Shown here: positions 54,160-63,366 of the stretch, piece by piece
Position numbering within the stretch: position 1 is the first letter of the stretch
Layout of the letters: every line of letters begins with the position of its first letter
Made by a program: the position numbers and the translations under genes
DNA from: Candidatus Komeilibacteria bacterium RIFOXYD1_FULL_37_29
GTDB lineage: Bacteria > Patescibacteriota > Patescibacteriia > UBA1558 > GWA2-36-10
NCBI GenBank assembly: GCA_001818495.1
Contig: MHKS01000004.1
Span: forward strand, 1,421-65,420
DNA: 64,000 nt
Direction of reading: 5' to 3'
The notes under the pieces: generated by a model
What the model was told of the DNA's origin: nothing
Seen by the model: only the letters and a program-made list of their open reading frames with translations
Databases searched by the model: none

Positions 54160-55663
54160 ATTCAGTTATTCTTTTTTCTCTAATAATAGTTACTTTGATT
54201 TCGCCAGGATATTTGAGGTCATTTTCTATTTTATTGGCAATATCTCGGGCCAATTTTTCACTAGCATAATCATCAATTTGCTCTGGAGAGACAAAAACAC
54301 GGATTTCTCGGCCAGCCTGGATAGCATAAGCTTTTTCTACTCCAGCAAATGATTTGGCAGTATCTTCTAGTTCGGTTAGACGCTGGATATATTCTTCAAA
54401 AGAATCGCGACGAGCACCCGGTCTAGATCCAGAGATGGCATCGGCTATTTTTACAATAGTTCCTTCCAGTGTCTTGGGGTGATCTTCATGATGGGCTAGT
54501 GACATATAAGCCACTTCTTCTGGTAAACCAAATTTTTTCATCAGATCATAACCAATTTCTGGATGAGATCCTTTGATTTCATGGTCTAGGGCCTTACCAA
54601 TATCATGGAGTAAACCACCTTTTTTACAGACACTGACATCAGCCTTAAGCTCAGCAGCCAAAAGACCGGCCAAATAGGAGACTTCTAAGGCGTGTTGTAA
54701 TTGATTTTGTCCGTAGCTAGTACGGTATTTTAAGCGACCGAGTATTTGTAGTAATTTATTATCTAGGCCGACTATGCCAGCTTTGTAAGCAGCCTCTTCT
54801 CCAGCTTTTTTTATATCAACAGCCAATTCTTTTTTGGCGGTATTAACAGTTTCTTCTATTCTACCCGGGTGAATACGGCCGTCAGCCATCAGTTTGTCCA
54901 GAGTTCTTTTGGCCAAGTGGCGGCGGATAGGATTAAAAGCAGAAACTAAGATAGTATCTGGAGTGTCATCAATGATGATTTCTACGCCAGTTAACTGTTC
55001 AATTGATTTGATGTTTCTACCTTCACGGCCAATGATACGTCCTTTCATTTCTTCATTAGGTAAAGACACAGAAGTAGTGGTAGTCTCGACAGTGTGGGGA
55101 GCAGCACAACGTTCAATGACGGAGCTAAGCATTTCTTTGGCTTTAGCTTCCATTTCTTCAGAGCCTTGCTCTTCCAATTTTCTCATGCGTTGCAACAAGT
55201 CATCTTTGATACGCACTTCGGTATTTTTGATCAGTATCTCTTTGGCTTCTTCTTGAGAAAGGGCAGCCACTTTTTCCAGTTTATCCAACTGTTGTTGGCG
55301 GATTTCTTTTATTTCCGCCTTGTTTTTTTCTAATTGTTTTTTATCGTTAGCTATTTTTTGCTTATCGCTTTCTAACTCCATCAGTTTTTGGTCAAATAGA
55401 CTTTCTCTTTTGGTTACTCTATTTTCCAAATCCTGTAAATTTTTACGACGTTCTTTTTCTTCGCCTTTAGCTTCTTCGATAACTTTTAAAGACCGTTCTT
55501 TTGCTTCCAAAAGAATATCAGCCGATTTCTGATTGGCTTTGGCTAGGATTGTTTCGGCTTTTTTTTCAGCCGAGCTTACTCTTTGACTAGTAAATAGTTT
55601 TTTTATAAAAAAACCAAGAATCGCACCAATGATTAGGGCGCCAATTAATTGAAGTGGGTTCAT
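54149..55663 (-). CDS. rny: ribonuclease Y
   Basis: N-terminal TM, long coiled-coil, KH domain (GRIIGREGRNIK), HD domain (HDIGKA...). Confidence 0.92.
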   Translation of the reverse strand: MNPLQLIGALIIGAILGFFIKKLFTSQRVSSAEKKAETILAKANQKSADILLEAKERSLKVIEEAKGEEKERRKNLQDLENRVTKRESLFDQKLMELESDKQKIANDKKQLEKNKAEIKEIRQQQLDKLEKVAALSQEEAKEILIKNTEVRIKDDLLQRMRKLEEQGSEEMEAKAKEMLSSVIERCAAPHTVETTTTSVSLPNEEMKGRIIGREGRNIKSIEQLTGVEIIIDDTPDTILVSAFNPIRRHLAKRTLDKLMADGRIHPGRIEETVNTAKKELAVDIKKAGEEAAYKAGIVGLDNKLLQILGRLKYRTSYGQNQLQHALEVSYLAGLLAAELKADVSVCKKGGLLHDIGKALDHEIKGSHPEIGYDLMKKFGLPEEVAYMSLAHHEDHPKTLEGTIVKIADAISGSRPGARRDSFEEYIQRLTELEDTAKSFAGVEKAYAIQAGREIRVFVSPEQIDDYASEKLARDIANKIENDLKYPGEIKVTIIREKRITEYAR

Positions 55664-55689
55664 TATTTATAAACTTTCCAGTTTACTGT

Positions 55690-56150
55690 TTGTAGATTGC
55701 AGCCAATGGCTAAAAAATCTATCTCAATTGATAGCTATACTTATAAATAGAGATTATTTTTTTGGTATGCATTTGCCAGATTGGCTTTGAAATATTTTGA
55801 AATTATAAGAGAATTTTCCAGAATAAAACTTCAACAAAGTTCAAAACAGTAAATTAATTTTATTAAATTTAGTGAGGATTTTACTATTTTTCCCTTAATT
55901 TATAGTATTTGATAGTATCCTCATTGCTGAGAATAACATAATCCCTATTAAAAATCAAGACCATAGGTGCTGTCATAAATTCAAAGACCATCAGCTTAAT
56001 GTATGACATCAGTTGAAGTTTTTCAACTATCAATTGGTGCTATACGCTGATGGTCCAGTGATGAGTTGTTTAAAACTAGAGTTTAAAAACTCTAACACTC
56101 ACCTTGAGCAGAATATTAGCATATTTTGAAAATATTGAAAAGTATTTTTA
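55690..56150. other. 460-bp non-coding region with cruciform-capable inverted repeats (GACCATCAGC...GCTGATGGTC) upstream of rny
   Basis: No ORF; 10-bp IR 55981/56046 enclosing second hairpin CAGTTGAAG-ttttt-CAACT. Confidence 0.25.
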
Positions 56151-56154
56151 AAGA

Positions 56155-56727
56155 TTATTTTATTATCTTGTCTATCAGTCCGTAAGTTAGTGCTTCCTCG
56201 GCCGTCATGTAGTAATCTCGGTCAGTATCTTTTTCAATTTTAGTTATTTTTTGGCCAGTATGATACTGCAGTATTTTATTTAGGCGATCTTTTAGTTTGA
56301 GGATTTGCTCGGCTTTTATTTTTATATCACTGGCTTGTCCGCTAGCGCCACCCATGACTTGATGAATCAAAATTTCTGAGTTGGGCAGAGCAAATCTTTG
56401 GCCTTTGGCACCACCAGCTAAAAGTACGGCCGCCATAGAAGCGGCTAGTCCGACACAGATGGTTGAAACCGGACTTTTGACATGTTGGATGGTGTCGTAT
56501 ATTGCTAGTCCATCGGTGACCGATCCGCCCGGGCAGTTGATATACATCTTAATCGGATTTTTGTTGTCTTGAGCATCTAGAAAAAGCAGTTGGGCAATAA
56601 CCAAATTGGCGATCCGGTCGTCAATGGCGTCGCCTAAAAAGATAATCCGGTCTTTTAAGAGGCGAGAGTAGATATCATAAGCTCTTTCACCGCCGGGGAC
56701 TTTTTCAATGACAGTTGGTATAAGCAT
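56155..56727 (-). CDS. clpP: ATP-dependent Clp protease proteolytic subunit
   Basis: Full-length match to ClpP including catalytic Ser ([11 protein letters not shown]), His (HQ) and Asp regions. Confidence 0.95.
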   Translation of the reverse strand: MLIPTVIEKVPGGERAYDIYSRLLKDRIIFLGDAIDDRIANLVIAQLLFLDAQDNKNPIKMYINCPGGSVTDGLAIYDTIQHVKSPVSTICVGLAASMAAVLLAGGAKGQRFALPNSEILIHQVMGGASGQASDIKIKAEQILKLKDRLNKILQYHTGQKITKIEKDTDRDYYMTAEEALTYGLIDKIIK

Positions 56728-56733
56728 AAGTTT

Positions 56734-57699
56734 TTATATTATTTTTAATTTATTATTATCATAAACCAGACGGCCTGACAAGGAGAACCCAGCGGCTTTT
56801 TTATGGCCACCACCGCCAAAAATTTTGGCTAGCTGTGTCAGGTCAATATTCAAAGTAGTGCGCAGCGATCCTTTGATGACATTGTTTTTCATTTCTGTCA
56901 GGACCATTAATATTTTAGCATCTTTTAGAATATGTAAGAAGTTTATTATACCCTCGGTGGCTGTTTCATCAACTTGGCATTCTTTAAAATCTTCTTGATT
57001 AAACCAGGTATAAACAATGCCGTGATGTTTGGACTCACGTAATCTCTCCATGGCCCTACCCCATAGGCGCAGATGAGCTATATTGGTGTTGGTTAAGGCG
57101 TTTTTTACAATGCGATGTGGTTTGGCACCTTGCTTAGTCATTTCTGAAATAGCATTAAAACAGTGATAGCTAGTAGCTGCATTGGTAAAGCCATTGGTGT
57201 CAGTAATCATGCCACAGCTTAGTCCGGTCGCTATGTCGCTGTCCCAATCAATTTGCCAGTCCCTAAACAATCGATAGAGGACCTCAGCATTGGAAGATGC
57301 TTCTGGTATGACCAGATTCATATCGCCAAAATGGGGATTGGTAATATGATGGTCAATGTTTATTAATTTGTAGCCTTGGGGTAAAGCAGTCATCAGTTTG
57401 TCTACGCCGGCGTATTCCAAACTGGCGCAATCAACAGTGATTATTAGATCGTATTTTTTGGTAAATAATCTATGATCATCGCTAATCAAATGAGCATTGG
57501 GTAAAAAGGAAAATTTTTCTGGTAAAGGGTGCAGACAAAAACTAAAAACATTTTTACCTAATCTTTTAAGATAAGCCAATAAAGCCAAATTTGATCCCAG
57601 CGTATCACCGTCGGGTTTTTGGTGGGAAATAAGTAAAATATTTTGAGCAATATTTATTTCCTGTCTAATATTTTCACTGATGGTTTTGTGATTTTCCAT
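56734..57699 (-). CDS. nrnA: DHH/DHHA1 phosphoesterase (NrnA-like bifunctional oligoribonuclease/pAp phosphatase)
   Basis: HQKPDGDTLGS, DHH (NIDHHITN), DHHA1 GGGGHKKAAG. Confidence 0.8.
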   Translation of the reverse strand: MENHKTISENIRQEINIAQNILLISHQKPDGDTLGSNLALLAYLKRLGKNVFSFCLHPLPEKFSFLPNAHLISDDHRLFTKKYDLIITVDCASLEYAGVDKLMTALPQGYKLINIDHHITNPHFGDMNLVIPEASSNAEVLYRLFRDWQIDWDSDIATGLSCGMITDTNGFTNAATSYHCFNAISEMTKQGAKPHRIVKNALTNTNIAHLRLWGRAMERLRESKHHGIVYTWFNQEDFKECQVDETATEGIINFLHILKDAKILMVLTEMKNNVIKGSLRTTLNIDLTQLAKIFGGGGHKKAAGFSLSGRLVYDNNKLKII

Positions 57700-57830
57700 A
57701 ACGAGGTAGTTTAGCGGAAAAATAAGCTTTCGTCAATGATTTGGCTATAGATATTGACATAATGGTCGATATTTATTAGTATAGACAATTGGTTTGTACT
57801 ATACATTTTTAGCTATAGAAAGGAGCTCTT

Positions 57831-58235
57831 ATGTGTCAAAGTGGTCCGCCGACAGAACCAACTGGTTTTGCCAGGCTATTAGGGGTTAATACTTTGGGTA
57901 TTTATTTTCCCGAGGAGAATAAATATGTGGTGGAAATCGATTCTTTGAATCGAGAGGCTACCAATTTCTTCGGGACTTTGCACGGTGGCGTTATCTTGGG
58001 TCTGTGTGACGACTTCTGTGGTATGCTTATTTACCATAAATATGGTATAAATACTGCCGTGACCATTGAGGTCAAATCGCACATTGTCTATCTTTTGCCG
58101 GTTCGGCCGACATCTAAGCTCACATTTGTTTGTGGCATCGGCTCGGAGATGTCGGGCATAATTTATTTGTATGTTAATGTGATATCAGGTGAAAAGAAGG
58201 TAGCAGAGATGACAGCCAAATGGCATCGCCGCTAA
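57831..58235 (+). CDS. PaaI/YbgC-type hotdog-fold thioesterase
   Basis: GTLHGGVILGLCDDFCGM motif; SD GAAAGGAG. Confidence 0.65.
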   Translation: MCQSGPPTEPTGFARLLGVNTLGIYFPEENKYVVEIDSLNREATNFFGTLHGGVILGLCDDFCGMLIYHKYGINTAVTIEVKSHIVYLLPVRPTSKLTFVCGIGSEMSGIIYLYVNVISGEKKVAEMTAKWHRR

Positions 58236-58284
58236 GCTTCAACAATCAAATAGCCCACCGCGTCAGACGTGGTGGGCTTAAAAT

Positions 58285-58623
58285 TTATTCTTTTAAAGCT
58301 TCATCTATAGCACTGTATTTAAGAGCTCTTTCGTCTAGTTGCCAATTTATTTTTGGAACAACCCTTAGTTTTATATTTTTACCCAAATTTTTTTGGACAT
58401 GGCCAGCAAATTTTTGGATCACTGCCAGTCCGGTACCGATTTTATTTTGGGGGATGATACTGAGATAGGCCGTAGCGTTTTTTAAGTCATCAGAAACAGT
58501 TACTTCAGAGACGCTGATTAACATACCGATAGGCGGCTCAAAATCACGGATAATTATTTTGTTTATTTCTGCACGCAATAGTTCGGCTACTTGAGGGATA
58601 CGTTTATTCATATATTTCTTCAA
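58285..58623 (-). CDS. rbfA: ribosome-binding factor A
   Basis: KH-like RbfA fold pattern LKNATAYLSIIP...; directly downstream of infB (overlap 20 nt). Confidence 0.75.
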   Translation of the reverse strand: MKKYMNKRIPQVAELLRAEINKIIIRDFEPPIGMLISVSEVTVSDDLKNATAYLSIIPQNKIGTGLAVIQKFAGHVQKNLGKNIKLRVVPKINWQLDERALKYSAIDEALKE

Positions 58624-60586
58624 AAAATTCTAAAGTGTCACCAATGGCAATAATCGGCTCGCCTTTATATTCCAGTCCGGCTTCATTTCCTTCGACTACT
58701 TCAGAGACCGCTTCTTTGGCTGATTGTAAGCTTAGGAGTTCTCCTAAGGCCTCAACTTGGCCATTTTTTAGTACTTTTATTTTACTCTTTTTGGTAATTT
58801 TACCAGCTGTTATTTTACCGCCGACTATCATAGAGTTTTTGGTAGATTTAAAGATTGCCAAAACCTGCATTTTACCAAGAAATTTGTGAATAGTTTTTTT
58901 ACCTTTGATACTTTTTAAAATTTTCTCCACTTCTTCTAGTAATTTATAAATAATATCAAAATGGAGGATAGTAACATGTTTTTCATCAGCCAAAGATTTT
59001 AGATTTTTATTTTCTTTGATATGAAAACCAATAATCAAAGCATTGGTGGCGGCGGCATTTAAGACATCGTCTTCAGTAATTTGTCCTAATCCTTTTTTTA
59101 GTATTTGAATATTAGTATTAGGTACGTTTATTTTTGATAGTGATTCTTCAATGGCCTCGGCTGAGCCCAAGACATCAGATTTTATAATCAAGTTTAAATT
59201 TACGGCATTTTCATTGTTTTCCTTATCGCTATTTTTATTGATGCTAGAAGAATTCCTCATAGCCTTGCTTTGGGAACTCATTTCTTTGAGGCGAACTTTA
59301 TATTGTTTTTTATCCGTAATAACTTCTAGTATTTCACCAATGCTTGGCAACTGTTTCAAACCTAGTATTTTAACTGGTGTAGCTGGGCCAGCTGTAGGCA
59401 TTGCTTGTCCTTTCCAGTCCTGCATGATTTTTATTTTTCCTGGTACAGAGCCAACTAGAAACATGTCGCCTATTTTTAGTATACCAGCTTGAACCAAGAC
59501 AGTGGCTACTGGTCCGGCGCTTTTATCAACGTGTGATTCAATAATAGTACCAACGGCATCACCAGATGGGTCAGCTTTTAATTCTTCCATGTCGGCTACT
59601 AGTATAATAGTATCTAAAAGTTCGGAAATATTTTTTTTGAATTTGGCGGAAATAGGTTGGCAAATAGTTTTACCTCCCCAGTCTTCGGGAATCATATTTA
59701 TTTCTGACAATCCTTGTTTGACCCTATCGACATCTGCCCCTTCTTTATCAATTTTATTAATGGCTACTATATAAGGAAGTTTCTCTTTTTGAATAACGGA
59801 GATACTTTCTAGAGTCTGTGGTTGGAGCCCATCATCAGCGGCCACTACTAAGACTGCTATATCAGCGATTTGTCCACCACGACTACGCATGGCTTTAAAA
59901 GCTTCGTGGCCGGGGGTGTCTAAAAAAGTAATTAATCGATCTTTTTTACGTACTTGATAAGCACCAATGTGCTGGGTAATTCCACCAGCTTCTTGATCAA
60001 CTATATTTGTTTCTCGGATTGCGTCTAGCAGTTTGGTTTTGCCATGATCAACATGGCCCATCACTACTACTACCGGTGCTTTGATTTCTTGTTGGTGTTC
60101 CGGACGATTGGTTAAGAGTATTTTTAATTTTTCTCTTTTGCTCTGCTCTTCTAAAATTTCTTCATTAGACCTAGTAACCTTAAATCCCAAATCCTCAGCA
60201 ATGATAGTAGCCGTATCAAAATCAATTCTTTCATTTAAAGAAACCATAATGCCATTTTTCATCAGTTCGGCCATTAGTTTGGCAACGGGTAATTTCATTT
60301 TTTCGGCCAAGTCTTTTACGACGATAGTTTCGGCAATACTAAGTTCTTTGCTGACTGGTAGATTTTTGGCGCCTTGTGGTTCTTTGCCACGCTCTTCTAT
60401 CTTAGATAATTCTTTTTGAAAGACTTCTTTTTTGGTGGCTTTTTTCCAAGCGGCCATAATTTTTGGTGCTAGCTTATCATCTACCTTGAGAGCTCTGGCA
60501 CCAATATCAAAACCGAGTCCGGGTAGTCTTTCCAGGAGCTCATTAACGGTGACTTTGAGTTGTCTAGCTAAGGTGCTTACATTCAT
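58604..60586 (-). CDS. infB: translation initiation factor IF-2
   Basis: G1 [13 protein letters not shown]3 [13 protein letters not shown]4, C-terminal IF2 beta-barrels. Confidence 0.95.
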   Translation of the reverse strand: MNVSTLARQLKVTVNELLERLPGLGFDIGARALKVDDKLAPKIMAAWKKATKKEVFQKELSKIEERGKEPQGAKNLPVSKELSIAETIVVKDLAEKMKLPVAKLMAELMKNGIMVSLNERIDFDTATIIAEDLGFKVTRSNEEILEEQSKREKLKILLTNRPEHQQEIKAPVVVVMGHVDHGKTKLLDAIRETNIVDQEAGGITQHIGAYQVRKKDRLITFLDTPGHEAFKAMRSRGGQIADIAVLVVAADDGLQPQTLESISVIQKEKLPYIVAINKIDKEGADVDRVKQGLSEINMIPEDWGGKTICQPISAKFKKNISELLDTIILVADMEELKADPSGDAVGTIIESHVDKSAGPVATVLVQAGILKIGDMFLVGSVPGKIKIMQDWKGQAMPTAGPATPVKILGLKQLPSIGEILEVITDKKQYKVRLKEMSSQSKAMRNSSSINKNSDKENNENAVNLNLIIKSDVLGSAEAIEESLSKINVPNTNIQILKKGLGQITEDDVLNAAATNALIIGFHIKENKNLKSLADEKHVTILHFDIIYKLLEEVEKILKSIKGKKTIHKFLGKMQVLAIFKSTKNSMIVGGKITAGKITKKSKIKVLKNGQVEALGELLSLQSAKEAVSEVVEGNEAGLEYKGEPIIAIGDTLEFFEEIYE

Positions 60587-60760
60587 GATAGTAGAATGAA
60601 ATAATTAAATACACGGTGCTAGAGTGTATGGTTAGTAAAAAATAGTATTTCGTGCTTACTTTACTAGAAATTACTAAAAAAGTCAATCATCTATGGGGTT
60701 TTTGGTCTTGACAAGGGTGGGTCATTTAGTGTAAATTTAACAGTCAAAATTAAAAAAGTC

Positions 60761-61870
60761 ATGGATTTGTCAAATAAAGAATTGAATAGGTTGGTCAGCT
60801 CTTCTAATAATATATTGATTAGTGGACCCAGCAACCCTCATTTAGATGTTTTGGCTTCAGCTATAGCCTGGCAGTTTTTTTTATTGAAGGAAAATAAAAA
60901 GGTTGATCTTTGTTTTGATGGTCAGATTTCTCAATATACTTTCTTGCCGGAAAAGGTGGAGATTTTACAGACGCTAGGCAATTTGAATAAGTTTAAGATT
61001 ATTTTAGATATTTCTAAGACCAAGGTGAAACAGCTTAGTTATGATATGGACAAGGACAATCTGACTATTGATGTGGTGCCAGAGGGGGGAGTTTTTAATG
61101 CTCAGGATGTAACGACCGATCGGGGAGAGTATAAATATGATTTGATTATTACTTTGGGCGCCGATGATTTGGAGTCTTTGGGTAAAGTATTTTCTGAAAA
61201 CAGACATTTTTTCTATAGCCGACCAATTGTCAATTTGGATATCTCGGTGCTCAATGAAAATTTTGGTCAGCTTAATATCATAGAATCAAGCAGCACTTCT
61301 TTGGCCGAAGTATCTTATAATATTTTGTCAAAAAATATTGATCGTGATATGGCCACCTGTCTTTTGGCTGGCATGATCATGGCCACCAATAGTTTTCAAT
61401 CTCCCAAAGTTACTCCCAGCAGTTTAGAGATTGCTTCTCAGTTGATTATCAAAGGTGCCAAGCGTGAACAAATCATTGAAGGATTGTATAGGACCAAAGA
61501 CATCAGGACGCTGAAGAGCTGGGGTAAGGTTTTGTCTCGTTTACAAAAACAGGGCAGTATTATTAGTGCCCATCTCAATCACGATGAACTAGAAAATTTG
61601 CCCAAGGATTTTGCGGATATGGTCAAGGATTTGATACTGTCTACCCCAGGTGCGCAGGTGGCGGTTATATTTTATCAATTAGAGCTTGGTCAAACCGAAG
61701 CTTGGGTTTATAGTATTACCAATATCAATGCTTTTGATTTGGTCAAGGATTTGAGAGCAACTGGTAATCGTTATTTAGCCAAAGTAATAATAGATAAAGA
61801 CCTGATTACCAGTCAGACTAAGGTGATAGAAATTTTGGCTAAAAAATTGGATATCATAAACAGTCTTTAA
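60761..61870 (+). CDS. DHH-family-like protein with degenerate catalytic motifs (possible inactive NrnA paralogue)
   Basis: ILISGPSNPHLDVLASAIAW aligns to ILLISHQKPDGDTLGSNLAL of 56734..57699 but DGD->NPH and no DHH/GGGH motifs. Confidence 0.35.
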   Translation: MDLSNKELNRLVSSSNNILISGPSNPHLDVLASAIAWQFFLLKENKKVDLCFDGQISQYTFLPEKVEILQTLGNLNKFKIILDISKTKVKQLSYDMDKDNLTIDVVPEGGVFNAQDVTTDRGEYKYDLIITLGADDLESLGKVFSENRHFFYSRPIVNLDISVLNENFGQLNIIESSSTSLAEVSYNILSKNIDRDMATCLLAGMIMATNSFQSPKVTPSSLEIASQLIIKGAKREQIIEGLYRTKDIRTLKSWGKVLSRLQKQGSIISAHLNHDELENLPKDFADMVKDLILSTPGAQVAVIFYQLELGQTEAWVYSITNINAFDLVKDLRATGNRYLAKVIIDKDLITSQTKVIEILAKKLDIINSL

Positions 61871-61939
61871 AATACTTCACAAAAAATGGTTGGTAGTTTA
61901 TAATGTCTATGTTTTCCGTCAGAGGCGGACGGGTATTTA

Positions 61940-62015
61940 CGTCCTGTAGCTCAGCTGGTTAGAGCATCACTCTTATAAAGTGGGGGTCCCGGGTTCAAAT
62001 CCCGGCAGGACGACC
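61940..62015 (+). tRNA. tRNA-Ile (anticodon UAU), CCA encoded
   Basis: Cloverleaf folded by hand: acceptor CGTCCTG/CAGGACG, D-arm GCTCAGCTGGTTAGAGC, anticodon stem TCACT/AGTGG with loop CTTATAA, T-arm CCGGGTTCAAATCCCGG, 3' ACCA. Confidence 0.85.
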
Positions 62016-62085
62016 ATTTAATTAAATTGACACACTTATTGGTTTTTGGTAAAATTGTATAGTTAAACTAAACAAATACAAATAT

Positions 62086-62178
62086 ATGGGTACAAAATTA
62101 AAAAATAAAAGACTATCAGTTAAAAGACGACGTAGAAAGAAACTCAGAAGAAGAAATAGTCAGAAAAAGAAGAAATAG
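62086..62178 (+). CDS. possible 30-aa polybasic peptide (MGTKLKNKRLSVKRRRRKKLRRRNSQKKKK)
   Basis: ATG ORF ending 30 nt before a strong terminator; no SD; no match to bL34/bL36 motifs recognised. Confidence 0.2.
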   Translation: MGTKLKNKRLSVKRRRRKKLRRRNSQKKKK

Positions 62179-62210
62179 ATTTTAAAACACATAACTTTTA
62201 AATTTTTAGT

Positions 62211-62240
62211 CCCGCCGCGTTTAACGCGGCGGGGTTTTTG
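62211..62240 (+). terminator. strong Rho-independent terminator CCCGCCGCG-tttaa-CGCGGCGGG + GTTTTTG
   Basis: 9-bp GC stem, T-run. Confidence 0.8.
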
Positions 62241-62297
62241 TAAAGTTTAAACCCCTAGCTTCGGCCAGGGGTTTAGGGGTATGTCTCCAAACAGTCT

Positions 62298-62522
62298 TTA
62301 GGCGGCAGGGTTTTTATGGATCCGGCCGTAATCAATCCAAGAAACACAATGGGTTTCGACATATCGATTTTGGAAACAATCAATCTGTCCTAAAAGTGTG
62401 TCTTGGAAGTAGACGCCTTTTTCTACCCCGACTGTTTTGATGTCAAAATCATACCGCTTATTAGCTTCAAAGGTAAATCCTTTGATAGAAACTGGATGGT
62501 GGAAAAGAACAACTTGTCGCAT
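62298..62522 (-). CDS. hypothetical small protein (74 aa)
   Basis: Intact ORF with terminator hairpin (62255-62285) downstream; no family recognised. Confidence 0.35.
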   Translation of the reverse strand: MRQVVLFHHPVSIKGFTFEANKRYDFDIKTVGVEKGVYFQDTLLGQIDCFQNRYVETHCVSWIDYGRIHKNPAA

Positions 62523-62570
62523 GGCTATGCTCCTTTTACTATATGTAATGACAATTTTACTGATGTAAAA

Positions 62571-62599
62571 AAATAACCCCTAAATTATTAGGGGTTATT
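62571..62599. terminator. bidirectional terminator AATAACCCCTAA-atta-TTAGGGGTTATT
   Basis: 12-bp perfect hairpin flanked by A/T runs. Confidence 0.6.
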
Positions 62600-62810
62600 G
62601 GCTAGACAATAGTTTTTAAAAAATAAAAGTCTAAGGGGGTAGGAATACTTAAATGGATTTCGTATAAATATTAGCTTCATAAAACATTTTTATTAGTATA
62701 GCTTATTTTTTGAAAATTAAAAAGTTTAACTTGTGGATATTTTTATGAATTAGAAATTTTAGGACGAAGTATAATAAATATGTTATAATGTATATATTAA
62801 TAAAAAATAT

Positions 62811-63203
62811 ATGAATAAGACAATTTATTTTGCCACTCGGGGATTTGCTATATTATTTATACTGATGACTGTTTTATTTGCCTTTGATTTAGGCAAATTT
62901 TCTTGGTTGGGATTATTGATGCATCTTTTGCCAACTTTGGTATTGGTGATAATTTTAGGCATTTCTTGGGTGCAGGAGAAAATTGGTGGTATCTTGTGGA
63001 TTTTAGCGGCCCTAACTTATGTAGTAATAGCTTGGGGTGATGTCAACTGGCTGGCTTATCTACTGATGGCTGGCCCAGCTATAGTGATTGGTGGCTTATT
63101 TTTATGGTCTTCATTTATGAGCGGGGGAAATACTAGTTTACCAAAATTACCCAAACTATTTCCCAACGCTACTCCTTCTTCAAAATTAATGGAGAAAAAA
63201 TAG
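62811..63203 (+). CDS. integral membrane protein (4 TM), hypothetical
   Basis: Hydrophobicity pattern. Confidence 0.45.
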   Translation: MNKTIYFATRGFAILFILMTVLFAFDLGKFSWLGLLMHLLPTLVLVIILGISWVQEKIGGILWILAALTYVVIAWGDVNWLAYLLMAGPAIVIGGLFLWSSFMSGGNTSLPKLPKLFPNATPSSKLMEKK

Positions 63204-63268
63204 AATTAATTATATTTTGAATAAAATGTCCTATCTAAATAAGGGCATTTTATTTTTGGAAAGTATTG

Positions 63269-63304
63269 ATCCAGCCTTTCGCGAAAAGCTGGATTGATTT
63301 TTTA
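63269..63304 (+). terminator. terminator ATCCAGC-ctttcgcgaaaa-GCTGGAT + TGATTTTTT
   Basis: 7-bp stem + T-run. Confidence 0.5.
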
Positions 63305-63366
63305 CGAAAATTAGTGTATAATATTCCTGTTTTTTGTTAATTAATTAAGTAAATAGGAGAATAATA

